Numbered from the stretch's first letter, positions 26,559 to 36,423 are shown. The stretch: 39,857 nucleotides of DNA from an uncultured Micrococcales bacterium (GCA_937919125.1 CALFOB010000146.1:1-39857); one strand, 5' to 3'. Translations and numbers: made by a program. Notes: generated by a model not told the origin, from the letters alone.

Positions 26559-28195
26559 TAGTTAGCTTCCTTTGAAATCTTCGCCTTAGCACCAATCAGC
26601 GGAGTGATGCTAAAGACCTGTACAGGTGATGTGAGCGCCGTACCGTCACAGTCTAAGTATAACTCAAAGTAGATTCGACGGAAGCGTAGAGACTGATTCA
26701 ACTTAGCCTCCATACGCAAAACAGCACCAGAAGCAAACGCGTCAACAAGGGTGTCAATACCACCTGAAGGTTTGTCTAGGTTATCCCAAGTACCGTAAAC
26801 AATGTCACCCGGCGCATCATAAGACAACTGATCCCACGTCTTGAAACTTGCTTCATCTGGGTAGTCTTTAGAAATTTGATCCCAGCTGAGCTGCAAAGCC
26901 TGCTCAGGCAAAGCAACAGGGTAAACAACAGCCTTGACTGGCTTAGCAGTAGCAATGTCGGCAACCCACATAAACAGGCGCTTCCATTCGGCAGGGGTTT
27001 GGAAGTCGTAAATCTTTGTGCGAATAGAGCACTTGATGTTTTCGGTGCCTACTGGGCTGTAAGGTGAGTCTTCAATACGCCACAGCGAGTGCTCAGTTGT
27101 ACCACCACTGATGCCATAGAAAAGCGATTCTTCTAATTCTTCTGAGCGTCGCGGGACGGTCCAGAAATATGCGACTTTGCTTGTGCTTTCCCACTCGCTC
27201 CATGTCTCCGTATCTAGGTTGTATGAGAACATACCGCCGTTGTGGAAAACTATGCAGCGACGTCCAACAACTGATACTGCGTGCTGGAAACGCTTGGGAT
27301 AGTCGTATGCCTCAAACTTTACTCTAGCTGCGTTGAGTGGGTAATACAACCAGTTTTGGTACTTGTAAAGAATTCCGCCAGATAGAACAAAGTGAGCGTT
27401 TTCAAACTTGACAACTGATCTGCGAGATTCTGCACCAATGTCCTGCTGCATAGCCTGCATGGTGCCCTCCTCAGGGACGTCGCCATAGCTATAGCGGTAG
27501 GTGCTGCGGTTACGGAAGATAACGATGTCGTTGTAACCTTGTGCGATTGCGGTAATCCATTGTCCGTCACCGCCACCAATCTCAACGTACATGTAGTTGA
27601 GCTCAGTGGTTAGCCAGTTCCAAACAGAAGTTGATTCGCCTGAAGGGCCAGCGGTTGAAATGTTTGACCAGTAAATGATGTTGGCGGTTGAGGTGCCTTC
27701 TACGCCGTAACCAAAGAAGCGGGTCTGGAATAGTTCGATACCACCAAGTGCAGGCATGGTTGGGGTGTTGGTAAAGGTACCGTTTTCCCAGTAGCCGCCC
27801 TGACCTGCGGTGGTTGACGACAACACAATCTTGTTTAGGTACTGGGTGCAGTCTGAAGCTTTGAACGCTGCAATCTCAGTAAACGTTTTAGAGATAACGT
27901 TGTAGATCCAAGTTTTTGCGGTGGTTACAACAACAAGGTAACGAGTGCCATCGTTTTTGATGTAAGTACCAATGATGTCAATGGCTTGCCCGGTCACTGG
28001 TGTAGTGATGACGGTTGAGCCATTCTTCTCTTGGTAGATTGGCGGGCGCGAAATCAAAGCACCGTTAGTGGTGAACTCCATGTTGATGATGGATGCGAGC
28101 TCGTTGTCTGCGATAGCAGATTGGTCCCAGTAGTTGTTTAGACCACCGGTGAACTGTTGTAGAACTACGGAACGTGAACGAACAATCTGCGACAT
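26558..28195 (-). CDS. Tail nozzle / stabilisation protein (P22 gp10- or T7 gp12-like)
   Basis: FTGGLN start, beta-propeller-like aromatic pattern, synteny. Confidence 0.75.
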   Translation of the reverse strand: MSQIVRSRSVVLQQFTGGLNNYWDQSAIADNELASIINMEFTTNGALISRPPIYQEKNGSTVITTPVTGQAIDIIGTYIKNDGTRYLVVVTTAKTWIYNVISKTFTEIAAFKASDCTQYLNKIVLSSTTAGQGGYWENGTFTNTPTMPALGGIELFQTRFFGYGVEGTSTANIIYWSNISTAGPSGESTSVWNWLTTELNYMYVEIGGGDGQWITAIAQGYNDIVIFRNRSTYRYSYGDVPEEGTMQAMQQDIGAESRRSVVKFENAHFVLSGGILYKYQNWLYYPLNAARVKFEAYDYPKRFQHAVSVVGRRCIVFHNGGMFSYNLDTETWSEWESTSKVAYFWTVPRRSEELEESLFYGISGGTTEHSLWRIEDSPYSPVGTENIKCSIRTKIYDFQTPAEWKRLFMWVADIATAKPVKAVVYPVALPEQALQLSWDQISKDYPDEASFKTWDQLSYDAPGDIVYGTWDNLDKPSGGIDTLVDAFASGAVLRMEAKLNQSLRFRRIYFELYLDCDGTALTSPVQVFSITPLIGAKAKISKEAN

Positions 28196-28861
28196 TTAGT
28201 ACCACAAATCAAGTGGGTCAGCTAGGACTGTTGGGTACTGTGAGTCCTGTGAGAGAGTGTCCTTAGTTGATAGGCGGTCTAGGCCGTCACGGAATTGACG
28301 CAACTTCATGTTTGATGCGTCATAGTTTTCGTCCATTTCAAGCGCCTGCGCTGTGACGTACGAAACAAGCTCGTTGAAGTAGCGGTCTGGAACTGAAAGG
28401 GCACTACTTAGCGCAGTGAGCGAAACAGGGTTCTTGATGTATTCAAGCTTGATACCGTTTGCGATAGTTGCGTTTGGCACAGGGAAAAGAGTGATGATGC
28501 CCGCGCGTTCATACCAAATCTCCGGGCGATCGCTCGTTAGCAATTTGGAAGGATCCTGTGACTGGATGAACTCGCGGGCAGCCTGTGGTGACAGGTTAGT
28601 CAGCGGATAACCTGAAATGTATAGCGCCTCGATTGAGAGCACTTTATCGTTAGGGAAGCTGTAATCTGACTGCCCTGCCACCACATCTGTAATTTTTGTT
28701 GCACGAAGGATTGGGTTCGAGTTTACGATTTCGCGTTGACCGTCATTAATCCATGAGAGGATCGATGCGTCTGCGAGCTGTGCGCCAGAAGAGTCACCAA
28801 AGCCTGTGCGAACACGGCTTGCAACATCTGTGCCTGTGTGAGTGAATTCCTCTGCTGGCAT
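28196..28861 (-). CDS. Head-tail adaptor (tail tubular protein A-like)
   Basis: WINDGQREI..GQSDYSFP..LEY..P..VPDRYFNELVSY; ATG at 28861 with AAGGAAG. Confidence 0.75.
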   Translation of the reverse strand: MPAEEFTHTGTDVASRVRTGFGDSSGAQLADASILSWINDGQREIVNSNPILRATKITDVVAGQSDYSFPNDKVLSIEALYISGYPLTNLSPQAAREFIQSQDPSKLLTSDRPEIWYERAGIITLFPVPNATIANGIKLEYIKNPVSLTALSSALSVPDRYFNELVSYVTAQALEMDENYDASNMKLRQFRDGLDRLSTKDTLSQDSQYPTVLADPLDLWY

Positions 28862-28863
28862 TT

Positions 28864-29280
28864 CTACTTCCTTAGAGTTTGTCCGTCGTGGGTCCAAGTG
28901 TTCTTATTGGACTTGAGAGCGCTTTTCAGAATGTCTTTCTTTTCAGCTCGCCATTCTTCTTCGCGTTTCGCCTCTAACGCTTGATGTGCCATCTCTAGTA
29001 ATTGTAGCTTATTTACCTTAGAGTCTGGGTCGTGCATGTTAGATTCCATGAGTCTTGCAAGAAGACGGTGGTCAATCTCTGACTCGTGCACGCTAGTAAT
29101 AAGGTAAGAGTTTCCTAGTGGTGGTTCGTCGATCAATGCGAAAGGCATCTCAGGGTTGAACAGTGGGTGGCCCGGCTCCATACGGATTAGGCGAACTGAC
29201 GGGAATACATCTTTGATGACTGCTGCAACCCGTCTCTGCTGGTCTGTGTATAGACCATCTAATTGAGCAAAATTAATCAT
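28864..29280 (-). CDS. Hypothetical protein
   Basis: TACAAT -10 7 nt upstream of the ATG (leaderless). Confidence 0.75.
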   Translation of the reverse strand: MINFAQLDGLYTDQQRRVAAVIKDVFPSVRLIRMEPGHPLFNPEMPFALIDEPPLGNSYLITSVHESEIDHRLLARLMESNMHDPDSKVNKLQLLEMAHQALEAKREEEWRAEKKDILKSALKSNKNTWTHDGQTLRK

Positions 29281-29294
29281 AGTTCTATTGTAAT

Positions 29295-29343
29295 AAAAAA
29301 CCCCCCTAACCAGCGAGACGGACCGGTTAGGGGGGAGTTTTTT
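29295..29343 (-). terminator. Terminator after the major capsid gene
   Basis: cccccctaacc / ggttagggggg stem flanked by A and T runs. Confidence 0.85.
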
Positions 29344-29353
29344 AGCTATTTAC

Positions 29354-30586
29354 TTATGCACCAAGTTCGGTGATGTTTGATAGCTTGGCGTGTGCGTTAC
29401 GACGGTAGGTACCGATTTCGCTGTACTGGTACAAGCGAGCTTCGTAAGCGTCAGTGTTTGCAACGCGTGACCACATTGAGCCATCGCGGTCCATCCATGA
29501 CCAGTCCTTCTTGCGGTTGATAACAAGTTCCTTTGAAGACAACGCGTAGATGGTGCCCTTTGGAGCTGCGTAGTCTGAAACGAACTTGATTGGCTTACCA
29601 AGAGCTTCGAAGGTGAATGAGCGCTGACCACCAGTTAGGCCTGCACCGTTGGTGAACTGACGCATACCCTGAAGCAAGTTCCAGTAAGCGTTGTATACAC
29701 CCGGTGAAGCTAGGAATACGTCAACGTCGCCACCCTTCTTGTCAACTGCCTGTACCAATGAGATAAGGTCCATCTCGGTTAGTGAGCCAGTTGCGGTACC
29801 CGGGGTACCCAAGGTACGGATGGTTGAGTTCCAAGAAGAAACAGATGCGCCGTCGATGCCGTGTAGTGAGTTACCTGAACCCACGATTGCACCTAGACCG
29901 GTTAGTTCCTTGTTGAATGAGTTAGCGCCACCTGATGCGCGGACGATGATGTCGCCTACTGCAGCAGTGGTAGTGGTGTCGAAGGTTACAGCGCCGGTAG
30001 TCTCGTTCACTGCTACAACAACAAGAGCTGCCTTCTTAACGGTAGGGGTACCGTCAACTAGGTCAGTTCCGTCGAGTAGGTCAACGACCATGCCCTCTTC
30101 GATCCAGTGTGCGTCAACAAATACAACGGTTGCGTTTGCAGTGGTAACAGCGGTCTTTACAGCACCGAGGGTACCTGATGCGTCACCGTAAATCTGACGG
30201 TTTAGGTCGCGAGTTAGGTCGCGCTTTAGACCCTTGATTTCAGCGTCAACAACGTTGATGAATGAGTTGTAGTTGTCTGCAGCCTGCTCGAAAAGCTGAC
30301 CGTCAACCTCGATAGCACCGTATAGGTTCTTGAGGTATAGGTGAGCCTGCTTGTACTTCTGAGCGCCAGCTACTGGTAGAGCCTCGCGTACACCACGTGC
30401 ACCGATGCCTTGGTTACGACCGATGTGAGTGTCGAATACGACCTCTTTACCGTTCTGGGTGATGTGCTGCGCCGACGACTCGATGAACTCAAGTGCCGGG
30501 TTCTTGTCTGCAAGCTGTTCGTGAAGGTCGCCATAAACGAGCTTCAGCGCGTCACTTGCGAAGGTTAGGATTCCCTGACCTGCCAT
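29354..30586 (-). CDS. Major capsid protein (HK97 fold)
   Basis: About 410 aa, follows the scaffold, strong AGGAG RBS, followed by a terminator; C-terminal RRNAHAKLSNI. Confidence 0.88.
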   Translation of the reverse strand: MAGQGILTFASDALKLVYGDLHEQLADKNPALEFIESSAQHITQNGKEVVFDTHIGRNQGIGARGVREALPVAGAQKYKQAHLYLKNLYGAIEVDGQLFEQAADNYNSFINVVDAEIKGLKRDLTRDLNRQIYGDASGTLGAVKTAVTTANATVVFVDAHWIEEGMVVDLLDGTDLVDGTPTVKKAALVVVAVNETTGAVTFDTTTTAAVGDIIVRASGGANSFNKELTGLGAIVGSGNSLHGIDGASVSSWNSTIRTLGTPGTATGSLTEMDLISLVQAVDKKGGDVDVFLASPGVYNAYWNLLQGMRQFTNGAGLTGGQRSFTFEALGKPIKFVSDYAAPKGTIYALSSKELVINRKKDWSWMDRDGSMWSRVANTDAYEARLYQYSEIGTYRRNAHAKLSNITELGA

Positions 30587-30677
30587 GTGATTCACTCTCC
30601 TAAGAGTAAAAGAAAATAACGAAAGTTAGTGTTATCGCTTGCCCTGACCCTCTTAGGGGCTGTACACGGATACTTTT

Positions 30678-30683
30678 ATCTTA
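30678..30683 (-). promoter_or_regulatory. Putative -10 (TAAGAT) of the capsid promoter
   Basis: Lies between the scaffold terminator and the capsid leader; same hexamer as at 16150. Confidence 0.5.
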
Positions 30684-30692
30684 TAACACAAA

Positions 30693-30708
30693 TGTTTCAC
30701 GTGAAACA
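30693..30708. promoter_or_regulatory. parS: parS palindrome
   Basis: TGTTTCACGTGAAACA, exact match to the conserved chromosomal parS consensus. Confidence 0.85.
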
Positions 30709-30753
30709 CAAAGACGTTTTAAGATTTTCTGCAAATATGTTTTAAGAATTGCA

Positions 30754-30788
30754 AAGAAAAACCCCACCTTTGCAGATGGGGTCTTCTT
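30754..30788 (-). terminator. Terminator after the scaffold gene
   Basis: Minus strand gaccccatc..ggtggggt followed by ttttcttt. Confidence 0.75.
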
Positions 30789-30798
30789 GTCAGCTTTC

Positions 30799-31638
30799 TT
30801 AGCTGTTGCGAGCGCGTTCCTCGAACATACGCTGCAACATTGCTTTCTTGCCTGCGTCATCTTTTGGAATGCTTAGATCGTTTGACGGTACACCGGCACC
30901 GCCAGCTGAGCCTACAACCATTGGTGCTGGCTCAGAACCTGCTGGGCTGAAAGGCCCAACCATAGCCTGCAACTGTTTTGCAGCATCTGCAACAGTGATC
31001 TCGCGTCCAGCGTTTAGAGCTGCATTCATAAGGTCATAGATTGCGACCTCGTGTGCCTCTGAAATGTTGTGAGCCTTTTTGAGGTTCGCCATCTCAGATT
31101 CAAGTTCAACAGTGTACTTCTCAGTTTCCTTAGCGAGCTCCTGCTGATAAATGTAGTCATCAGCTTCAGACTGCTTAGCCTTGAGTGCGTCAATCTCCTT
31201 CTGCAAAGCTGCAGGGATTTTCTCGCCATCAAAGATGTTTTCGAAGTCTTCACCAGACTGCTCTTCCATCATGTCCTTAGCGACCTGTGCAGCCTCTTCT
31301 TTGAGAAGGCCCTGATCGGTTAGGTAGGTTTTGAGCGAAGAATAAACTTCGGTCGGGTCGTTTTCGATTGCACGTGCAAGGTTTAGACCGCCACGAACCA
31401 GCTCAGGGGTTACGCCCTCATCAACAAGATCTTTGAACGGAGTGTACTTCTCAAGCTGCTGCTGGAAGTTGCGCTCGTTCTCCTGAAGGTAAGGAGTTAC
31501 TTTTGCGTGCCAAGCTTCTGGAAGCTCAGCAAGCATCTTGTCCCATGCTGGGTGTGCTTTGGTTTCTTCAACCGGGGTCTCTACTGAAGTTTGCTCCTCA
31601 GTAGTCTGTTCAGGTGATACCTGCGTCTCGTCAGACAT
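30799..31638 (-). CDS. Capsid scaffolding protein
   Basis: Acidic, helical, located between portal and capsid genes. Confidence 0.75.
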   Translation of the reverse strand: MSDETQVSPEQTTEEQTSVETPVEETKAHPAWDKMLAELPEAWHAKVTPYLQENERNFQQQLEKYTPFKDLVDEGVTPELVRGGLNLARAIENDPTEVYSSLKTYLTDQGLLKEEAAQVAKDMMEEQSGEDFENIFDGEKIPAALQKEIDALKAKQSEADDYIYQQELAKETEKYTVELESEMANLKKAHNISEAHEVAIYDLMNAALNAGREITVADAAKQLQAMVGPFSPAGSEPAPMVVGSAGGAGVPSNDLSIPKDDAGKKAMLQRMFEERARNS

Positions 31639-31646
31639 TGTTTTCC

Positions 31647-33815
31647 TTACTGTAGTTGTTCAGATGTTTGGCCCATTTGGGGTGGCATCTGTGCAGCCTC
31701 AGACGGTAGTGCCTGAGGAGTTCCTTGTGCATTAGGGTCTTGACCCATCTGCGCAGCCATCATCATTTTCTGCTGCAAAGCTGCTTCGTGCATCGAAATG
31801 TGCTTCTGGAATTCTGCCTTGATTTCGTCAGGGAGAATGTCGAAGCTTTGCGACTTACGAAAGCGGTTGTGAATTTCAATGTGCACAGCGTGGTTGTCGT
31901 AGTCGTGAACCTGTACAACTGCTGGGACTGAAAGCGCAATAGGCTTGCCCTCTGCGTCGACCTGACCCGGAACGGTCTTGTCTGGGTCGCCGTTTGCAGC
32001 GCCCTGCTCCCACTCGCTCTGGAACTGTTCGATAACATCTGGAGTCAAACGCTTCATCATTAGGTTCTCGCGTGAAGCGTGGTTCTCGTCGAGCTTCAAA
32101 ATGTTGTAGAAGTTCTTGAGCATACCCATGTCGAGCATCTTCAAACCCTCTTGCGGGGTGATGAACTGCATCTTCATCCATTCCGTAATCAATGCCTGAC
32201 GTGCAGACTTTGAAGTTGGAAGAGCTGAGCCAGACTCGATGCGGATGTCGTTACCTGAAGCAATGTCTGCACCTGAAAGAACAGTTGCGTCAAATGCACC
32301 ATCGGTACCAACGGTCTTGATTAGGCGTGGCTGATCAACGTACTGAATGAATAGGCTGAGCGACTGCTTTGCAACCTTCTCCACGGCAGCTTCAATGCTT
32401 GAGAAGATGGTGGTTAGGTAAGCGTCGTCGCGCTCCTGCAGGTAGTTGATTGCGGTCGCAGCGGTTACGCCACCTGATTCACCGCGTGAAACTTGGTGCT
32501 GACCTGAAATGTCTTCGAAATCTGCCTGCAACTGCTGCACTTCTTGGAGCACATAGTTTGGTAGAGGCTGGATTGGCACCGGCTGAGGCATTGAGAAGCC
32601 CGGACGAACCGGAATCCAAAGACCAGCCTTAGCTGAAATCTTCCTAGGGTCTACAGCGCCCTCGTGGTACATCATCTGAGGCTTAGCCATAAGGTTCTTA
32701 GCCTGCACGATCTGTGAACGAGTGCGGTTGAGCTCACGCTGCAAAGGAATCAAGTTCTTGATAACTGAACGGCGGTAGAAATTTCCAGTCGCAATTGCAT
32801 AGGTGTGTGCGAAAGGGTAGCTCTTGTGTGCGTAAGGGATACCGTTTTCAGCGAACTGTACGATTTCGTTGTCAACGATGGTGATTAGGCCACCCTTTGG
32901 CAAGAATGGGCAACCGTTTGGCTTAGCCCACATTTCAATGACGAGCACAGCGTCTGGGCGGGTTGCGCCACCAGACTTTACGTTGACAAGTGCGTTGTCC
33001 ATGATTTCAGTTGCTGAAACCTTAGTTGGCTTGAAGTCTTTAGGGAGTACGCCACCGAAGGTGCTCTTCACCCATGCTTCGCTCTTGGTGTAAACGTTGA
33101 AAATGTATGGCTGGTTTTCAATGTTTTCTTCAGCCAAGTCTGGAACGAATAGGTGGAACGGTGAAACTACTTCGTGTGCGACGTCGCCAACTGATGCAAC
33201 CTGCTGAATGATTTTCTTTTGCCCAGTGTATGGGTCTTCAACAGCGGTCGGTACAACTTCTTTAGCCGAAGAGTCCCACAGGGTTTTGATGAAGGCGTTT
33301 CCGCAAACTGCACGCCAAAACTCTGACTTCTGCAGAATGTCGGTCTGGAAGTTTGCTTTGTCGTACATTGCTTGCCAAACCTGCTCGGCAGCTGATGCAG
33401 CCATTAGGTCGTCATCGTCGTTTGATGCTGGCACTACGGTTGCGCTTGGGTGCCCTGAAGATGTTTTAGCAATTTCGGTACGGATGATTGGTTCGATTTT
33501 GTTTACAACAAGGCGTGGAACACGAGAAGGGTTAGGTGGGTCCATGAGCTGCTGTGGGCCGCCCTTGATTACCTCAGTCCATTCACGGTATTGTGCACCG
33601 TTGTAGAAGGCAAGCTGCAAATACCAGTCTTGTTCTTCTTGCTTGCGAGCAGCTTTAGCCTTCTCGTATTCGCCTTTGACCCATGAGACTAGCTTCTTGG
33701 CTTCGTCTTTACGCTTGAACTGGTTGAGGATGCTGTCTTCAGCCATCGCTCCTTCAACCGGGGTACCAGAAATGTACTGCCCAGTCTTGCCGTCAAAGTA
33801 TTGTTCGTTTGCCAT
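31647..33815 (-). CDS. Portal protein (P22-like)
   Basis: VNKIEPII, VVSPF, LIPLQRELNR, DISGQH..G, TAATAI; Gln-rich tail; synteny. Confidence 0.9.
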   Translation of the reverse strand: MANEQYFDGKTGQYISGTPVEGAMAEDSILNQFKRKDEAKKLVSWVKGEYEKAKAARKQEEQDWYLQLAFYNGAQYREWTEVIKGGPQQLMDPPNPSRVPRLVVNKIEPIIRTEIAKTSSGHPSATVVPASNDDDDLMAASAAEQVWQAMYDKANFQTDILQKSEFWRAVCGNAFIKTLWDSSAKEVVPTAVEDPYTGQKKIIQQVASVGDVAHEVVSPFHLFVPDLAEENIENQPYIFNVYTKSEAWVKSTFGGVLPKDFKPTKVSATEIMDNALVNVKSGGATRPDAVLVIEMWAKPNGCPFLPKGGLITIVDNEIVQFAENGIPYAHKSYPFAHTYAIATGNFYRRSVIKNLIPLQRELNRTRSQIVQAKNLMAKPQMMYHEGAVDPRKISAKAGLWIPVRPGFSMPQPVPIQPLPNYVLQEVQQLQADFEDISGQHQVSRGESGGVTAATAINYLQERDDAYLTTIFSSIEAAVEKVAKQSLSLFIQYVDQPRLIKTVGTDGAFDATVLSGADIASGNDIRIESGSALPTSKSARQALITEWMKMQFITPQEGLKMLDMGMLKNFYNILKLDENHASRENLMMKRLTPDVIEQFQSEWEQGAANGDPDKTVPGQVDAEGKPIALSVPAVVQVHDYDNHAVHIEIHNRFRKSQSFDILPDEIKAEFQKHISMHEAALQQKMMMAAQMGQDPNAQGTPQALPSEAAQMPPQMGQTSEQLQ

Positions 33816-33829
33816 AAGCCTATTCCGAA

Positions 33830-34153
33830 TCAGTTGTAAGTTTCAAAGATCGCAGAAAGTTGCTTTTCGGCTTCTTCCAGCTCTAGTTCTTCACCAGTCT
33901 TATACAATCCAGTATAGCCAGTTTCAGCGTTTATCACAGGTTCAACCGTGACGGCTTGCAACTGTTGGAATGCCATAGGGTCTTTACTTGCGAGAAGGTT
34001 TGACAGGTGCAGGATTGACTGCTCCCTCATCTTTTCCGTCGCTGCTTGGTTCGTCGACAGGAGCATTATCATCCTGAACATCCGAATCGCTATGAACGTG
34101 AGCGCTGTAAGAAACAGCGAAGATAAAATCAGTAACGCTACTACGAATTCCAT
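33830..34153 (-). CDS. Membrane-anchored hypothetical protein
   Basis: N-terminal TM helix; AGAAGGA RBS. Confidence 0.7.
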   Translation of the reverse strand: MEFVVALLILSSLFLTALTFIAIRMFRMIMLLSTNQAATEKMREQSILHLSNLLASKDPMAFQQLQAVTVEPVINAETGYTGLYKTGEELELEEAEKQLSAIFETYN

Positions 34154-34424
34154 TAATCAATCCTTCTACTAGGTCGGGTACTTTAGCTAGTTCCATTTCG
34201 TGTGCTTCGACGTCAGCTTCTAGTGCAAAGATGCGTTCCTCTAGTGGCGCTTCTTCTGCGTAGCCGATGAACAAAGCGAGCTCGGTTGCACAGTTCTTGC
34301 ACAACTGAGCTGAACCGCCTGATAGCAGTTCGCGTCCTAGGTCGAATAGCTCCTTGTTGTTTCCGCATGAAACGCAAGACGATGGGAATGGGCCACCGTT
34401 TTCGAAGTAATTAAAGTGTCTCAA
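33984..34424 (-). CDS. Zn-ribbon + coiled-coil hypothetical protein
   Basis: CVSC..CKNC; TTG start with GAAGGA. Confidence 0.65.
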   Translation of the reverse strand: MRHFNYFENGGPFPSSCVSCGNNKELFDLGRELLSGGSAQLCKNCATELALFIGYAEEAPLEERIFALEADVEAHEMELAKVPDLVEGLINGIRSSVTDFIFAVSYSAHVHSDSDVQDDNAPVDEPSSDGKDEGAVNPAPVKPSRK

Positions 34425-34427
34425 TTT

Positions 34428-35963
34428 TTATCCTTCTAGTTCTGTTATGGATGACGCACCGCGCCATTCTTGACCCCAAGGGTCTTGTTCATCATACTGC
34501 GTAAACTTGGATGTGCCACCAAATTCTGACCTAAAAGCCATGTGGAAACTTTCACTTGCTTGCACTGGCGTTTGTGCGTCAGGGGCAAGGTTAGGCATAA
34601 AAGTCATCGCATACTTGAGAGCGTCGTAACAGTGGTTGTCTTTGTCACGGATCTCTTCAAGTTTATTTTTCATCTCAGCGATCTTTGGTGAAGCGTGTTT
34701 CTTCCACTTCAACTTAGGTAGTTCTGCGATGAGTTCTGGGCAGTCGTCAGTAATCATCAGCCAAGGCTTACCAGTCTTAGGGTTGATTTTCATGTACTGT
34801 TGCAGGCGTTCTAGACCAATACGGCGGTCGTTAGGGATTTGGTCTACCGCAATATAGATGCCGTGTTTTGCGTACTCTTGCTGAATGCTGGTGCCTGTGT
34901 GCTCTTTTGTTTGCTTAATCGCAGGGTCGCCAGTGGTGAGATAGAGCTCCGCACCTGATTCGCGAAGAATTTGTTTTGTACGCTTGTTGACCTCAACGGA
35001 GTGGTAGTCAACGTTTTCTCGGGCTTTGTAGTATTCGTTGAAGACGACAATAGTTCCATCTTCGTCAACTGCCAACCACAACCAGACTGTGGGGTTGGTA
35101 AATCCTGAATCCATTGTTCGAACAATGCGATGCTTTCCTGTGGGTTTGAACTGCCCTCTAGGAATACAGTGTGTTGTAGGTGAGAATTCTGAAAAGACTG
35201 AACCGCCAAGATGGACGTATTGTCCGTTGCGTCGGATGAGCTGCTCTTCTGGGCTGAGTGACTCCATGTAGCGTGCAATAGCTTCGCGCGACAACGTTGG
35301 GTTGTCGTCCATGCTCGCTTCAACCACGCCAATGTCTTTTGTTCCTTCTTGTGCTGGGATGTATACGTCTTCTAGGATCCACTCCATACCTTGGACTGGG
35401 GTTTGTGACATCCACCAATCTCCGTCGGTGTCAATCAAACGTGCTAAACATTCTTGCCAAACAGTTTTTGGGCATTCTTCGTCGAAGTGCACAAAGTGTC
35501 GGCTTGAACCTGCGAACTTGTCGAGGTCTTGGTCTTGCGACATGAACTCTACGAAGCTGCCGTTGTTGAGTGTTAGCACGTGGCGTTCGCGAGAGTAACT
35601 GTCTTCCCAAGAACCATTGATTAGGTATTTCTTGGGTAGCCATTGTTTCCAAAGGGGCAGAATAATTTTGTCTACACCGTTTAGGAAGTCAACTGCGACC
35701 ACTCGTCCACGCACTGCTTCGTCTGGCATCTTACGCCACGGGTGTGTCTTTGTGACGTAGTAGATGCCTTCAATGGTAGAACCGAGGGATTTACCTGAAC
35801 GGTTTCCGCCAATGTAAAGACGCGCTTTGTTTTGCATCTTGTGAAACATCTCTTGTTTCTCGGATGCTTTGTAGTTGTATAGGTTCGGTGCTGCAGCGGA
35901 TTCTTGGATTGATTCGCCAAGCCCGCGTAACACGTCCGCTAAGTCGAAGTTATCTTTCGCCAC
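34428..35963 (-). CDS. terL: Terminase large subunit
   Basis: Walker A GGNRSGKS, Walker B VHFDEE, QTP, nuclease MDSG..NP, NHCYDALKY. Confidence 0.95.
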   Translation of the reverse strand: MAKDNFDLADVLRGLGESIQESAAAPNLYNYKASEKQEMFHKMQNKARLYIGGNRSGKSLGSTIEGIYYVTKTHPWRKMPDEAVRGRVVAVDFLNGVDKIILPLWKQWLPKKYLINGSWEDSYSRERHVLTLNNGSFVEFMSQDQDLDKFAGSSRHFVHFDEECPKTVWQECLARLIDTDGDWWMSQTPVQGMEWILEDVYIPAQEGTKDIGVVEASMDDNPTLSREAIARYMESLSPEEQLIRRNGQYVHLGGSVFSEFSPTTHCIPRGQFKPTGKHRIVRTMDSGFTNPTVWLWLAVDEDGTIVVFNEYYKARENVDYHSVEVNKRTKQILRESGAELYLTTGDPAIKQTKEHTGTSIQQEYAKHGIYIAVDQIPNDRRIGLERLQQYMKINPKTGKPWLMITDDCPELIAELPKLKWKKHASPKIAEMKNKLEEIRDKDNHCYDALKYAMTFMPNLAPDAQTPVQASESFHMAFRSEFGGTSKFTQYDEQDPWGQEWRGASSITELEG

Positions 35964-36390
35964 GAATTAGCCTTACAAGATCTTGAAGTCTGATGCGTAC
36001 AAGAGTGTCGTCATCGTGATCCAAATAAGTGCGCAAGAAGACAAGATCTCCCAGCTTCGCATAAGCCCACCACTCACCAGCGCGAGGATAACCAACGCCA
36101 GCACGCTGGGTAACAAGGAAACCAAACTTGCCTGAAGCATTGTGCTTTTCCAGTTCGGCTTCTTGGAACCATTTTTCAATTTGCCCATACGATGCCTCCT
36201 TGGCAGCTTTGCCACCTTTTACTTCGAATACGATTAGCCCTTTTGTGGGTTCGCGCAACCAAACGTCACCTTCGTCGTTGGTGCCTTTGAGGACGTTGCG
36301 GTGAGCTTCAAGCTCGGTGTAGTCCTGTGATAGCAGAAAGTTTCTTACTGCAGTTTCGGCAGCTGTGCCGATTTGCTTTGCTTTACTCAT
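35950..36390 (-). CDS. Holliday junction resolvase (PD-(D/E)XK)
   Basis: KQIGTAAE..V..DEGD..FEVK..W..EA..E. Confidence 0.8.
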   Translation of the reverse strand: MSKAKQIGTAAETAVRNFLLSQDYTELEAHRNVLKGTNDEGDVWLREPTKGLIVFEVKGGKAAKEASYGQIEKWFQEAELEKHNASGKFGFLVTQRAGVGYPRAGEWWAYAKLGDLVFLRTYLDHDDDTLVRIRLQDLVRLIRGER

Positions 36391-36413
36391 AGTCGTCTCC
36401 TCGAAGTATGCGA

Positions 36414-36423
36414 TAGAATTCTA
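36414..36423. promoter_or_regulatory. Palindromic back-to-back -10 boxes TAGAATTCTA
   Basis: TAGAAT on both strands within the 35-bp divergent gap. Confidence 0.6.

Noticed and set aside
29350-29631. Frameshift extension of the major capsid protein
   Set aside because: The alternative frame ends within a few bases of the capsid stop and no slippery site is evident
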